64,000 bases of DNA, from positions 64,001 to 128,000 of the forward strand of contig JAWADY010000001.1 in NCBI GenBank assembly GCA_038891615.1, given 5' to 3'. The position numbers were made by a program, and so were the translations under genes. Every line of letters begins with the position of its first letter. Position 1 is the first letter of the stretch. Under the pieces are notes generated by a model that did no database searches, was not told the DNA's origin, and worked only from the letters and a program-made list of their open reading frames with translations. The DNA comes from Candidatus Woesearchaeota archaeon. GTDB lineage: Archaea > Nanobdellota > Nanobdellia > Woesearchaeales > ARS49. Of this stretch, positions 29,364 to 38,795 are shown piece by piece.

Positions 29364-32300
29364 AGATGAAAAAAAGTCTTAAGAGCATACTGCTGCTAAT
29401 GGCTTTCATCTTTTTAGCATTAGCTGTCTCAGTTTTTGGGCTAAGAATAACAGCTCCTGAAATTACCGAAATAAACACAACAAGCGTGACAATAACCTGG
29501 ACAAGTGATGTTGAATCAACAACACAAGTACTTTATGGTACTGCAAGAGATTTGAACCAGATATATGCCAACAATAGCCCTGTTACTTATCATTCTGCTC
29601 GGCTCACAAATCTTAGCCCTAATACAAAATATTATTTCTACATATTTTCTGCAAGCAAGGAACGCGCGGAATTTGCATCAGATGACAATAATGGCAAGCT
29701 TTATAACTTCACCACAGCGCCAGGAGCTGATGTTCGTGCGCCTGTCATCTCAAACATATCTGTTGCTACAGCAGAAACAACAACTGTAATCATTTGGGTG
29801 ACGGATGAGCCAGCCACAACCATGCTTTGGTATGGCACTGCGAGGGCTGAGAACCTTGCGCAAGATGGAAAGCTCACAACCGACCATCGCCTGTCAATTC
29901 CAACCGAAAAGGGCAAGGTTTACAGATTTGTGATTGGTGCTTGTGACGAGTTGAGAAATTGTGCAAACACAACAGAGCAGGGCTTTGTTGGCGGCTCTAC
30001 CGCAGCTTTCCTTTTTGTAGAAGTTCCTTCATTTGTTCAAGAAAACAGGATAGACATTGGTGGCAACACAACACCTTATGCTGCTGTTGAGGTTTTTGTA
30101 AATGGCGAGCTCAAACGTAAGGATGTAAATATTGGCGCAGACGGCAAATTCTTTTTTAGGAGCGTGCCACTCACGCTGGCAGAAAACAACATAACAATAA
30201 AAGCAATAGACAAAGCAGGCAACACAGTAAGCCAGAGCTTCACCACAACAATCGATGCAGAGCCTCCCATCATAGAGCTTGCAAATGTTTCAGAAGCAGT
30301 AACAGAGCCAAGGATTTTAATTAAAGGTAGGACAAATGAGCCTGTAACCCTACACTTTTCAAAACAAAAGGTACTTGATAAGCTTGCGCCTGTAAGGGTC
30401 TCAGGCTTGAAAGCTGAAGAACGCGCTTCTGTTGAATTGAGTTGGGAGCCAAATAAGGAAGAAGACTTGCTTGAGTATGCTGTTTATAGAAATGGCAAAA
30501 GGATTGCAGTTACAAGAACACCAAGCTATACCGATACTAATGTTGAGCCAGGAGTGAGCTACGCCTATAGGGTTTCTGCTGTTGACACGAGCTGCAACGA
30601 AGGAGGACTTTCAGATAGCGTTGAAATAACGACGGTTTATGGTCAAGAAGCAGTTGGAGAAGTGCCTGAAGTTCAATTCACTTGCACACCTCAAGAAACT
30701 ACCAAAGAACTTGGTGTTGGAGAGTTCGATATTGAGATTCCTTTAGAAGAGGGCTTGAACAGTATCAAGCTCAGATTTACTGATAGGGCAGGCAATTCGG
30801 TTGAGTTTGCAAAGGGCGTTATAGTTGATACGCAACCTCCACAAATTCTTGAGACAAACATTGATAGGCTAAGCCCAAGCTACTCTCCAGATGTTTTAAT
30901 AATCGGAAAGGTGAGCGAAAATGCAACTGTTTTTGTTGAAGTCCAAGGAGAAAAATATTTTGACCTCACTGATGATAAGGGGAATTTCAGAATCCCAGTT
31001 ACTCTTAAACGCGATGCAAGCATAAAGATCACCGAGAAAAGGGCAGAAGCAGAAACGGGTGAAGGTTGGAAAAACCACATAAAGGTCCAAGCGATTGACA
31101 TTGCTGGTCAGAAGTCTGATTTTGTTGAAGGGGATGTGATTTATGCCATTTGTGGCTTTGGCAGTTGGTTCAAGGTTGAGTTAAGCAAGCCAATGCCAAG
31201 TTCATTGACACCAAGATTGATGCTTGAGGGCCAACAGCAGCTTGGGTTTGGAGTCAACATAACTTATAGAGGAGGTTATGATGCAGTTATCAAGAGCATA
31301 AATGTCAGGCCAGCCACACTCAGTCCCGCGGCTTCTGAAAACTATGACCAAGGATGGTATCGTGCGGACATAAACCCTTCTCCAAGAGGAAAGAAGAGCT
31401 ATGTAGGTTATCTTAGGTTGCTATTCACAGGGGTTCCAGACGTTCCAGGCAAGACATTCCTGGAGCGGGAAGAAGTTCTTTCAAATCACAGGATTGGAAA
31501 GTGTAAAACAATTCCTCCTGGCACTGGATGTTTTAAAGGACTTCTCGAGTTAGAAATAAAAGCCCAAGAGCTCATACCGATAAAGCCGTTTACCCAAGTA
31601 ACAGGCCTCCCAACAGAGATCCAACCATCTGACATAACACAAAAGGTATGCATAGACATAGAATCAATGATTGATAGGCGTGTGAAGCCTCTTGCGCCGC
31701 GAGGTCTGCTGAAAAGTAGCATAAGCCTAATGGACGGAATATTAAAAGGAATTGATTCTGTGCTTAAGCCTGTCAGAACAATAGGGCAATTAACCTTGGG
31801 AGGCTGCTTTGCAACAAACCTGCTAAATTGGGCATTCTTTGTGCAGGAGCGCTTTGCTTGCACTCCTTCTCACGATTTGTTTGAAACAATTAAAAGCTTT
31901 TTGGGCATTTCCGAATTCAAGGATGTTGCAGAAATAGGGCTATGCAATGTCCATCCAAGGCTCAAAGACAATCCAACCGCAAAGGATGCCTGCAACAGGT
32001 GCAGTTCAGCAATAGCCTCAAGGATGAAGCTTGAGCGTGCAAGAAACTTTGTATGCGATAGAATAGGCTGTCCAGCTGTTCCCACATTGCAGGCATACAT
32101 AAAGGAGCAACAGCGTGATGCTGGAGCGCTGAAGCCAGTTAGGGTTGGTGACATAACCTATTACAAGGGCTCTAGTTGTGCGTTTGGTGGAGAAAGAGGA
32201 TGGCCACATGTTGGCAAAGGTGCAGGGATGGGCGATGGAGACTTAACAAGAGATTTTACTGGAATAAAAAGAATTTATTTGGATTATCTGAAGCACAAAA

Positions 32301-35300
32301 ATGATAAGACACCAGAAGGCTTCTCAGAAAGCCCTGCCGCAGGACCAGGGGTTCTTGATAGTGAAGTAAACTGTGCTGGTCTTCACCCTGCTGATCCAAG
32401 ATGTTGTGGCTTTGAATACATGCAGCAATGGGGCTCAGGATGTGGAATCCCAGATGGTGAAACTCTTTTCAACGAAATAAAAGAAAGCACATGCCTTGCT
32501 GCGCAAAGTTCAAGCCTGACTGCACCGAAGGATCTTAAAAGAGATGCAAACATTGATTGTTCTCCAAACATCTTCAATGCAGCAGCAGGCTTCTGCGACC
32601 CAGAATGGGGAACCCCTGTTACAGAGCCGATAGAGCTTACAGGCGTGCGCTATAACCTTGAAAACTCTCTTGCAACAAGCAGATTCAAAGACCCTGATGG
32701 AAGGGCAGCTGTTTTTGTCGCAATAGCCCCAGGCGACTGGAGCGTAAGTGGTGTTCCATATATTCATCAAACCTATGAAACCACAGGCTATAGGGTGCTG
32801 CGTGGTCAGGTTGCAGACAAGCTTAGCTTTGACCAAAGCAGGCTACCTGGTGATGAACAACCATCTTCAAAAAAGGATGTCAAAATCACCACAACTGGCT
32901 GGGGCGGTTATGAAAGAAGGCTAAGGGACAGAACAGAAAAGCAATATCAGCTATTCGTAAATGCAGAAACGATATTTCAACCAGATGGGGTTGATGCAAC
33001 AGGCTGCTTTGACACAACAAAGCTACCAACAGAACAGCAACAGCTTGATTGTTTCGTTTCAACAATGTGCGCAGGCGGAGAGATAGCCAATCCAGACACA
33101 TGCAAGAGACAAGCTCCAGGAGTTTTTGCTCTTATAAAGCAAAAGGTTGCTCCTGCAGAAGACTCAAACATTGTTGTGCCTGGCGAAGGGCTTTTAAGGA
33201 GCATGCAGTGTGTTTGCATACCTGCGGTGCAGGGTCATCTAGAAAAATGGAAGCAGATTCTTACTTTTGCAAGGAATTGTCTTAACTCGATTTATCTTAC
33301 TGGAGATGGGAGTGCAGGAGCCTGTCAGGCTTTCGTGAGTCAATATCTTTGTGACGCTTTGTTTGAACTTCTCAGCTGTGCAACAAAGAAGTATGGATAT
33401 GCCGCTGGTGGTCGTGCACGCGGAGAAGGGATTGGTGACCTTATTGGTACAATTACCGCTGCAGGCAATGATGCGTATAGGTCAGCCCAGCAGCGATATG
33501 GTCAAACACCAACCTTCCAAACACTCTTTGTTGAAAGAAAGCTTGTGAACAGCATCTGCCTGTTTGCATTCACTGGAACGTGGGACCTTGACCTGACAGC
33601 AATGTATCAACAAGCCGTTCAAGAATTTCCAATAGACAGCACAGGAGCCATTTTCAGGGCAGAAAGAAGGTTTGTTGCATTCAATCCAGGAACAAGACCA
33701 GCCGGCCTGACAACATGGAATTACCACTTAGGATTGCTGCTAGCAGCAGGAACAGACCTTAACTATAAGCTGGAACTAAAGTGCTCAAACAGCCAGAACT
33801 GCGATACTGCCGCAGGCTTTAAGAATGGAAGATGTGATTGCTATGGACAGCCTGAAAAAAGGGTTTTTATTCCTGTCGGCACAGGCCATCTCAAACGTGG
33901 GGAGATTCTTGGCGCTGGTCCTGAAGGTGAGATTTTCCATGTCATCGAGGCAACAGACCCCGCTTCATCAGTCCGTTATGACACTGCAATATTGAGCTGG
34001 GAATGGATAGACCCAAGAACAAACGAGGTTCGCACAGGAAAGGTTGAAAAAAGAATAAGTCTTGTTGGAGGAGATGCCCCTGCATTTTGCGGCTTTGATA
34101 CTTTTGCACTGGCATACAGGTGCGAGTTTGGGCTTGGGCAATATGCTGGAGCAAGGCTTGACAAAGTTGAACCGGTTTATCCAAGCGAACCTCCAGAAGC
34201 TGAGAAGGCAAAACTGTTTGTTCTTGGAAAGGAACTTAAGTTTGATGTGCAAATAACCAAACAGACTCCTCCTGAGCTGAGACAGCCTGCTTCTTCATAC
34301 AACCGCGAGACAAAGTTCTTAGTTTATGAAGTGAAAAATTCACATGGAGCTGTAATAAGAGAAAACAAAGAACTGCCAGAGGTTATAAACGAAGATGGAA
34401 CCTTTACAAAAACAATTAAAACACGTGAGCTTACCGAGGAAGATTTTGTCAGAACACTTGTAGCCGGATTTGGCTTTGACCTTGTTTATTGGGAACCATC
34501 GCTGCAAACAACGGACAAATGGTTGAGTGGAGAGGCCGCAAACAGACTGGTGGCAGTGGTTGATAGGCAACCAGCAGCTGGAACATTTGTTGTTGTTGGA
34601 TATCCAGATAGTACATTTGAAGTTTATCTCACCACAGGAGGACCTGTGCCCGCTGAAAACAGATTGCCACCTACAGAACCTCAAGGAAAGGGGCTCAGTA
34701 TTGGCGAGAGATTGAAAGGTGGAAGTTGGGGTTATTATGCAAAGCAGGAGTTGGTTGCTGGAAACCCAGTACCTTCCAGATTGCTGGCAAAGGGGACAAT
34801 TGGTCGTGATAATGTAATAAGTTATTCTTCTGAAGGCCGTGAAGTGTTCAAGCTGACATTATCCCAGAGACCGCCAAGTTATTTTGAAATCGTCCTGAGA
34901 GCTGTTCAGGCTGCTGCAGCATGCAACCCAAACGAGCCTGTTACTTTCACTGCAACATTCGCATTGTACGATGCGCTAACAGACTTCATCACCAGAGGGC
35001 CTAACTTCAACCAAATCACAACAGACCCATCAACCGGTGAGCAGCAAAAGAAAACCATCACTTTCCAGGCGGTATGTAATTCTAAACCACCAAAGGAGCT
35101 TGTTCCACCTCTCTTTGAGAGATGTTCTGCTGATGCGAGCATTGAAAACATGGTGCCTTGTATTTGCAGTGAGCGGTCTGACGAAGAGCTAAAAAATGTA
35201 CTCAAAACAGGAACAGAAGATGAAAAGCGAATGCTATTCAATTGTGGTGTTGGAAATCCTGTAGATGGAACCAAAAGATATTGTGGTTATGACACGAGAG

Positions 35301-35620
35301 ATGGCAAAGTAGTAAGGGTGTGTCGTGAAAAGGCAGAAACAGAACCAAAAATAGTTCAAGTGCTTATTTTAAGCCAAAATGAAAATGGGGAGTTTGTTGT
35401 TCCTGCAAACCCAAATGAACTTGAGGCAGGGACGCCATATGTGCTTGATGTAAAAACAAACCTTCCTGGAACAACCATCGTTGCAGCTTTTGTCGGAGAG
35501 CCTGTCGGACCATCGGTTGGAAAGCCTTTCTCACATGCCGCTGGGATTATCGAACTAAAGATTAAAGCACAAAAAGATGGGCTTAGTGATGAAAAAGGCA
35601 TTCAACTGACTTTCAAATAA
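29360..35620 (+). CDS. Giant (2086 aa) secreted FN3/Ig-like and Cys-rich protein, module 2 'B2'
   Basis: Signal peptide; FN3 motifs (VTITWTSD...LTNLSPNTKYYF; YAYRVSAVD); Ig-like repeats; CVCIP domain; ATGA overlap with the upstream gene. Confidence 0.7.
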   Translation: MKMKKSLKSILLLMAFIFLALAVSVFGLRITAPEITEINTTSVTITWTSDVESTTQVLYGTARDLNQIYANNSPVTYHSARLTNLSPNTKYYFYIFSASKERAEFASDDNNGKLYNFTTAPGADVRAPVISNISVATAETTTVIIWVTDEPATTMLWYGTARAENLAQDGKLTTDHRLSIPTEKGKVYRFVIGACDELRNCANTTEQGFVGGSTAAFLFVEVPSFVQENRIDIGGNTTPYAAVEVFVNGELKRKDVNIGADGKFFFRSVPLTLAENNITIKAIDKAGNTVSQSFTTTIDAEPPIIELANVSEAVTEPRILIKGRTNEPVTLHFSKQKVLDKLAPVRVSGLKAEERASVELSWEPNKEEDLLEYAVYRNGKRIAVTRTPSYTDTNVEPGVSYAYRVSAVDTSCNEGGLSDSVEITTVYGQEAVGEVPEVQFTCTPQETTKELGVGEFDIEIPLEEGLNSIKLRFTDRAGNSVEFAKGVIVDTQPPQILETNIDRLSPSYSPDVLIIGKVSENATVFVEVQGEKYFDLTDDKGNFRIPVTLKRDASIKITEKRAEAETGEGWKNHIKVQAIDIAGQKSDFVEGDVIYAICGFGSWFKVELSKPMPSSLTPRLMLEGQQQLGFGVNITYRGGYDAVIKSINVRPATLSPAASENYDQGWYRADINPSPRGKKSYVGYLRLLFTGVPDVPGKTFLEREEVLSNHRIGKCKTIPPGTGCFKGLLELEIKAQELIPIKPFTQVTGLPTEIQPSDITQKVCIDIESMIDRRVKPLAPRGLLKSSISLMDGILKGIDSVLKPVRTIGQLTLGGCFATNLLNWAFFVQERFACTPSHDLFETIKSFLGISEFKDVAEIGLCNVHPRLKDNPTAKDACNRCSSAIASRMKLERARNFVCDRIGCPAVPTLQAYIKEQQRDAGALKPVRVGDITYYKGSSCAFGGERGWPHVGKGAGMGDGDLTRDFTGIKRIYLDYLKHKNDKTPEGFSESPAAGPGVLDSEVNCAGLHPADPRCCGFEYMQQWGSGCGIPDGETLFNEIKESTCLAAQSSSLTAPKDLKRDANIDCSPNIFNAAAGFCDPEWGTPVTEPIELTGVRYNLENSLATSRFKDPDGRAAVFVAIAPGDWSVSGVPYIHQTYETTGYRVLRGQVADKLSFDQSRLPGDEQPSSKKDVKITTTGWGGYERRLRDRTEKQYQLFVNAETIFQPDGVDATGCFDTTKLPTEQQQLDCFVSTMCAGGEIANPDTCKRQAPGVFALIKQKVAPAEDSNIVVPGEGLLRSMQCVCIPAVQGHLEKWKQILTFARNCLNSIYLTGDGSAGACQAFVSQYLCDALFELLSCATKKYGYAAGGRARGEGIGDLIGTITAAGNDAYRSAQQRYGQTPTFQTLFVERKLVNSICLFAFTGTWDLDLTAMYQQAVQEFPIDSTGAIFRAERRFVAFNPGTRPAGLTTWNYHLGLLLAAGTDLNYKLELKCSNSQNCDTAAGFKNGRCDCYGQPEKRVFIPVGTGHLKRGEILGAGPEGEIFHVIEATDPASSVRYDTAILSWEWIDPRTNEVRTGKVEKRISLVGGDAPAFCGFDTFALAYRCEFGLGQYAGARLDKVEPVYPSEPPEAEKAKLFVLGKELKFDVQITKQTPPELRQPASSYNRETKFLVYEVKNSHGAVIRENKELPEVINEDGTFTKTIKTRELTEEDFVRTLVAGFGFDLVYWEPSLQTTDKWLSGEAANRLVAVVDRQPAAGTFVVVGYPDSTFEVYLTTGGPVPAENRLPPTEPQGKGLSIGERLKGGSWGYYAKQELVAGNPVPSRLLAKGTIGRDNVISYSSEGREVFKLTLSQRPPSYFEIVLRAVQAAAACNPNEPVTFTATFALYDALTDFITRGPNFNQITTDPSTGEQQKKTITFQAVCNSKPPKELVPPLFERCSADASIENMVPCICSERSDEELKNVLKTGTEDEKRMLFNCGVGNPVDGTKRYCGYDTRDGKVVRVCREKAETEPKIVQVLILSQNENGEFVVPANPNELEAGTPYVLDVKTNLPGTTIVAAFVGEPVGPSVGKPFSHAAGIIELKIKAQKDGLSDEKGIQLTFK

Positions 35621-35687
35621 GGAGAAAGTGAAATAATTTCATCTATTTTGTGCTTTTTTAATTTGTTTGATAAACAGTCAGAGTTTT

Positions 35688-35728
35688 AAGTGTGACAAGT
35701 GTGACAAAAAAGTCATAACATTTATATA
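35688..35728 (+). promoter_or_regulatory. Candidate operator plus TATA box of the Fis-like regulator
   Basis: Direct repeat AAGTGTGAC x2 (35688-35705), inverted repeat TGAC-A6-GTCA (35702-35715), TTTATATA at 35721-35728. Confidence 0.55.
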
Positions 35729-35750
35729 CCCAACAAATCCCTTTCTGTTA

Positions 35751-36443
35751 ATGGCATTTAATGATAAAAAGCATGCAATGGATGAAAAAAGGCTTGAATA
35801 TGTCATTGATGAACGTCTAAGGCAGGCTATTGACAGCACCTTGCTCAAGTACGGCTTACCAATAGCTAACAGTCTCAATCAGGACATAACAAATAGGATT
35901 AGCAAAAGTTCTGTACTTCTTTTTGACCCCGACACAAGCATCCCATTCAAAAAGGCAAAGCGCCTGTTCAAGAAATACTATCTAGAAAAGTTGCTCAAAA
36001 TACACGGTGGAAATATTTCTAGCGCTGCGAAGGCTGCAGGGATTGATAGACGTTCGCTTCATAGGCTCATTTCTACACTAAATATTTCTGTTGAAAGAAA
36101 GGGTATTAACAGAGCAAACTATCAAACAAACACTGTAAGCAAGATTTTTGAAGATGTGCTAGAAGGCTATAAAAGGTCTGCCAGTCAGCCAGAATTCAGG
36201 CTAAATCATCAAGAAATCACCAAGCTTTACAGATTAAGCCCAACGCTTTCCAGAGAACTTGTCAAGCACATTCCTTCAGTTACGCTAAAGGAGGCTGAAG
36301 AGGTTTTTGAGCAGAAATTTCTAAAACAGGCCCTTGAAAGAAATAACAAAAACATTTCAAGAACAGCAAGGGCAATAGGCATAAGATTTGAATCTCTTCA
36401 CAGAAAACTAAAGGAGATTGGTCTTCGTAATAATGTTGTTTAA
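35751..36443 (+). CDS. Protein with two Fis/NtrC-type HTH (HTH_8) domains
   Basis: HGGNISSAAKAAGIDRRSLHRLI and NNKNISRTARAIGIRFESLHRKLK. ATG 35751 sits at leaderless distance from the TATA box. Confidence 0.85.
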   Translation: MAFNDKKHAMDEKRLEYVIDERLRQAIDSTLLKYGLPIANSLNQDITNRISKSSVLLFDPDTSIPFKKAKRLFKKYYLEKLLKIHGGNISSAAKAAGIDRRSLHRLISTLNISVERKGINRANYQTNTVSKIFEDVLEGYKRSASQPEFRLNHQEITKLYRLSPTLSRELVKHIPSVTLKEAEEVFEQKFLKQALERNNKNISRTARAIGIRFESLHRKLKEIGLRNNVV

Positions 36444-36474
36444 AAAGTAAAAACCAAAAGCAAAAAGCTTTATT

Positions 36475-37722
36475 TTACTTAAAGGCACCCGGATCAAAGA
36501 CCGGCGGCCTATTTACATCTTTCACCGTAACTGTTATTTTCTTTGTAGCAGTGTTTGTGCCATCTGTTGCAGTAACCGTTACTTCGTGCACTCCCGCATC
36601 ATCATATGTTGTCTTGTAAGTTGTGCTGTTCATCCATCCACTTATCTTTGTGGTTATAGAATCTCCTTCAGGGTCTGTTACATTGAACTTCAGCTCGACT
36701 GTTTCTCCTTCATTGACTGTTATATCCGTAAGACCTGTTATTTGTGGAGGCTGGTTTCCTTTCTGAACAACAATGAAAAATGCTATTTTATCTGTTAACT
36801 CGCCATCGCTAGCTGTTATGTTAATCCGGTACTTGCCTTCGTCTCCAACCTTTGTTTGCCAGACGCCTCGCTCATCAAATGGAGGACTAAAAACAAAACT
36901 TATCTTGTCACCATCTGGGTCTTTTGCATTTGGCAAAAGGGTTATCCTGTCGCCCTCGTTTACAACGAAGTCCTGGATTGGAGCTATTACAGGTGGCCTA
37001 TTTACATTCTCAACAATAATCTTGACTGTCTTCGTTGTTGCTTCCTTTCCATCTGTTGCTGTTATAGTAACATTGTAGCTTCCGGCGTCATTGAATGTCG
37101 TCTCGTAGCTGTTTGTTTTCATCCAACCAGAATAGCTTACCGTCACATTGTCACCATCAGGGTCTATTATTTCAGGAGAAATAATCACTTTCTCTCCTTC
37201 TTTTACCCTTATGATGTCTTCGGCGAGTTGTATAACTGGAGCCCTGTTTGCATGTTTTACAATTATCTTAACAGTTTGCGTTACAACATTTACTCCATCG
37301 GAAACGCTTATGTTAACAAGATACTCGCCAGCATCTCCTTTCTTTGTTTGCCAGGTTCCATTTTCAGAAAGAGGTGCGCTGAATGAATATGTGAGATTGT
37401 TTCCCTCCGGGTCTGTTGCCTTTAGATTAGGGAAGCTTACAAGCTCTCCTTCTGTAACTATTTTTGTTGGATATTCCTCTTCACTCATTGTGGTTGTTTT
37501 TTCACCACTTTCAGTAACATTAAGCGCTGGCGTTTTTGTTTCTTCAACGCCTTTTGTTACATTCTCGGCACCTTCAGCCCCTGTAACAGCACCGCCACTT
37601 ACTTCGGTTATAGGCTGTTGTTCACATGGTTGTTGCGCAGCTTGTTTTAACTGGCAACCCGCAAACACAAGCACTGCGAGAAATGCAACAATTAGCAGAA
37701 TGAATCGTTGCATCTTTTTCAT
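36475..37722 (-). CDS. Lipoprotein with ~4 cadherin-like/Ig repeats
   Basis: Lipobox VFAGC, Thr/Glu linker, repeated NRAP/NRPP/NQPP...DP(D/E)G(D/N)...DG units in two alternating types. Confidence 0.8.
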   Translation of the reverse strand: MKKMQRFILLIVAFLAVLVFAGCQLKQAAQQPCEQQPITEVSGGAVTGAEGAENVTKGVEETKTPALNVTESGEKTTTMSEEEYPTKIVTEGELVSFPNLKATDPEGNNLTYSFSAPLSENGTWQTKKGDAGEYLVNISVSDGVNVVTQTVKIIVKHANRAPVIQLAEDIIRVKEGEKVIISPEIIDPDGDNVTVSYSGWMKTNSYETTFNDAGSYNVTITATDGKEATTKTVKIIVENVNRPPVIAPIQDFVVNEGDRITLLPNAKDPDGDKISFVFSPPFDERGVWQTKVGDEGKYRINITASDGELTDKIAFFIVVQKGNQPPQITGLTDITVNEGETVELKFNVTDPEGDSITTKISGWMNSTTYKTTYDDAGVHEVTVTATDGTNTATKKITVTVKDVNRPPVFDPGAFK

Positions 37723-37790
37723 GAGCTTCCCCTCCTCTTTTGCCGCTTTGAACAGCTAGGATAATCTCCCCAATTTCCTACCAATGTAAC

Positions 37791-37830
37791 AATAGTGTCA
37801 CTATTCTGAAATAGGTAAGGCATATATAAA
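37791..37830 (-). promoter_or_regulatory. Palindrome and TATA box upstream of the cadherin-like lipoprotein
   Basis: AATAGTG-T-CACTATT at 37791-37805; minus-strand TTTATATA at 37830-37823. Confidence 0.5.
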
Positions 37831-37900
37831 TTTTGTTGTAGTGAAAAATATATTAGTAAAAACGGCAAATTGATGAAAAGTTGATTAGCAAAAATGTTCT

Positions 37901-38614
37901 TTAGGCTTTGCTGAATGCTTTTTGCCGAGCAGGCTTTAGGCGCTTAATCTTTAAAGCAGAAACCCTTCCAGATTCGAGATGAAGGTCGATATAGAAATCT
38001 CCGCTTATAGTTGACTCTTGTACAATCCTTTCTAAAAGCAACTCTCGCGCAAAAACAGAAGACTTTATGCTTTTATCGAGGACAAAATATATTGGAAGAT
38101 GATTTATGCCATGTTCGTTCAGGAAGCTTCCGTACTCTTTTGTCACGTCTCTAAATAGGAACAAAGTTAATGGTTCCTCATGCAATCGTTTGGTTGGAAT
38201 GTAAAGTGTCTCTTCTTTCGCTTCAAACATGAATGCTCCACTTTTTTGTGCCTCAATTGGATCCTTGCTGGAAATTTCAAGCAAATTATTTGTTTCCTCC
38301 GTTTTTAGAAAAAAATATCTTCCTTTGCTGGATATGTTCGTCGCAAATTTTGGTGACTTAAGAATTAGGTTGTTCTTTTTGTCGGCAACGACAATCCTGC
38401 CGTCAGCAAAATAATTAAAACTTTCTGCAACCCAGGTCCATGTAGAATTTGCCACGCTGCCAATGTCAGAGCTTATCCTAACCTCTGCTAAGTCACGACT
38501 GGTAATCAATTCAAGCCCATTTTGTTTCAAAGCCCTTATCCCTTTGTCAAAAGGGCCGGTGTACAAAAAAAAGTTCAATACCTTATCTTTTTTTACAATG
38601 CTTTCGTATTGCAC
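37901..38614 (-). CDS. Hypothetical protein
   Basis: 237-aa ORF with plausible composition and no recognised motif. Confidence 0.65.
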   Translation of the reverse strand: MQYESIVKKDKVLNFFLYTGPFDKGIRALKQNGLELITSRDLAEVRISSDIGSVANSTWTWVAESFNYFADGRIVVADKKNNLILKSPKFATNISSKGRYFFLKTEETNNLLEISSKDPIEAQKSGAFMFEAKEETLYIPTKRLHEEPLTLFLFRDVTKEYGSFLNEHGINHLPIYFVLDKSIKSSVFARELLLERIVQESTISGDFYIDLHLESGRVSALKIKRLKPARQKAFSKA

Positions 38615-38673
38615 AATATGCTTAATGATTTTCTTTTATTAAAACTTTGTGAATACTACTGTTTTGATCAAAC

Positions 38674-38757
38674 TGCGGCGGACAGGATTCGAACCTGCGT
38701 AGGCACTAAGCCAGCAGCTCCTGAAGCTGTCCCGTTTGGCCACTCCGGCACCGCCGC
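38674..38757 (-). tRNA. tRNA-Leu(CAG)
   Basis: Acceptor GCGGCGG/CCGCCGC, anticodon loop TT-CAG-GA, long variable arm, GGTTCGAATCC, discriminator A. Confidence 0.95.
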
Positions 38758-38795
38758 ACAGTCTTTTTTTCCACAACGAATGTTTAAATAATTTA

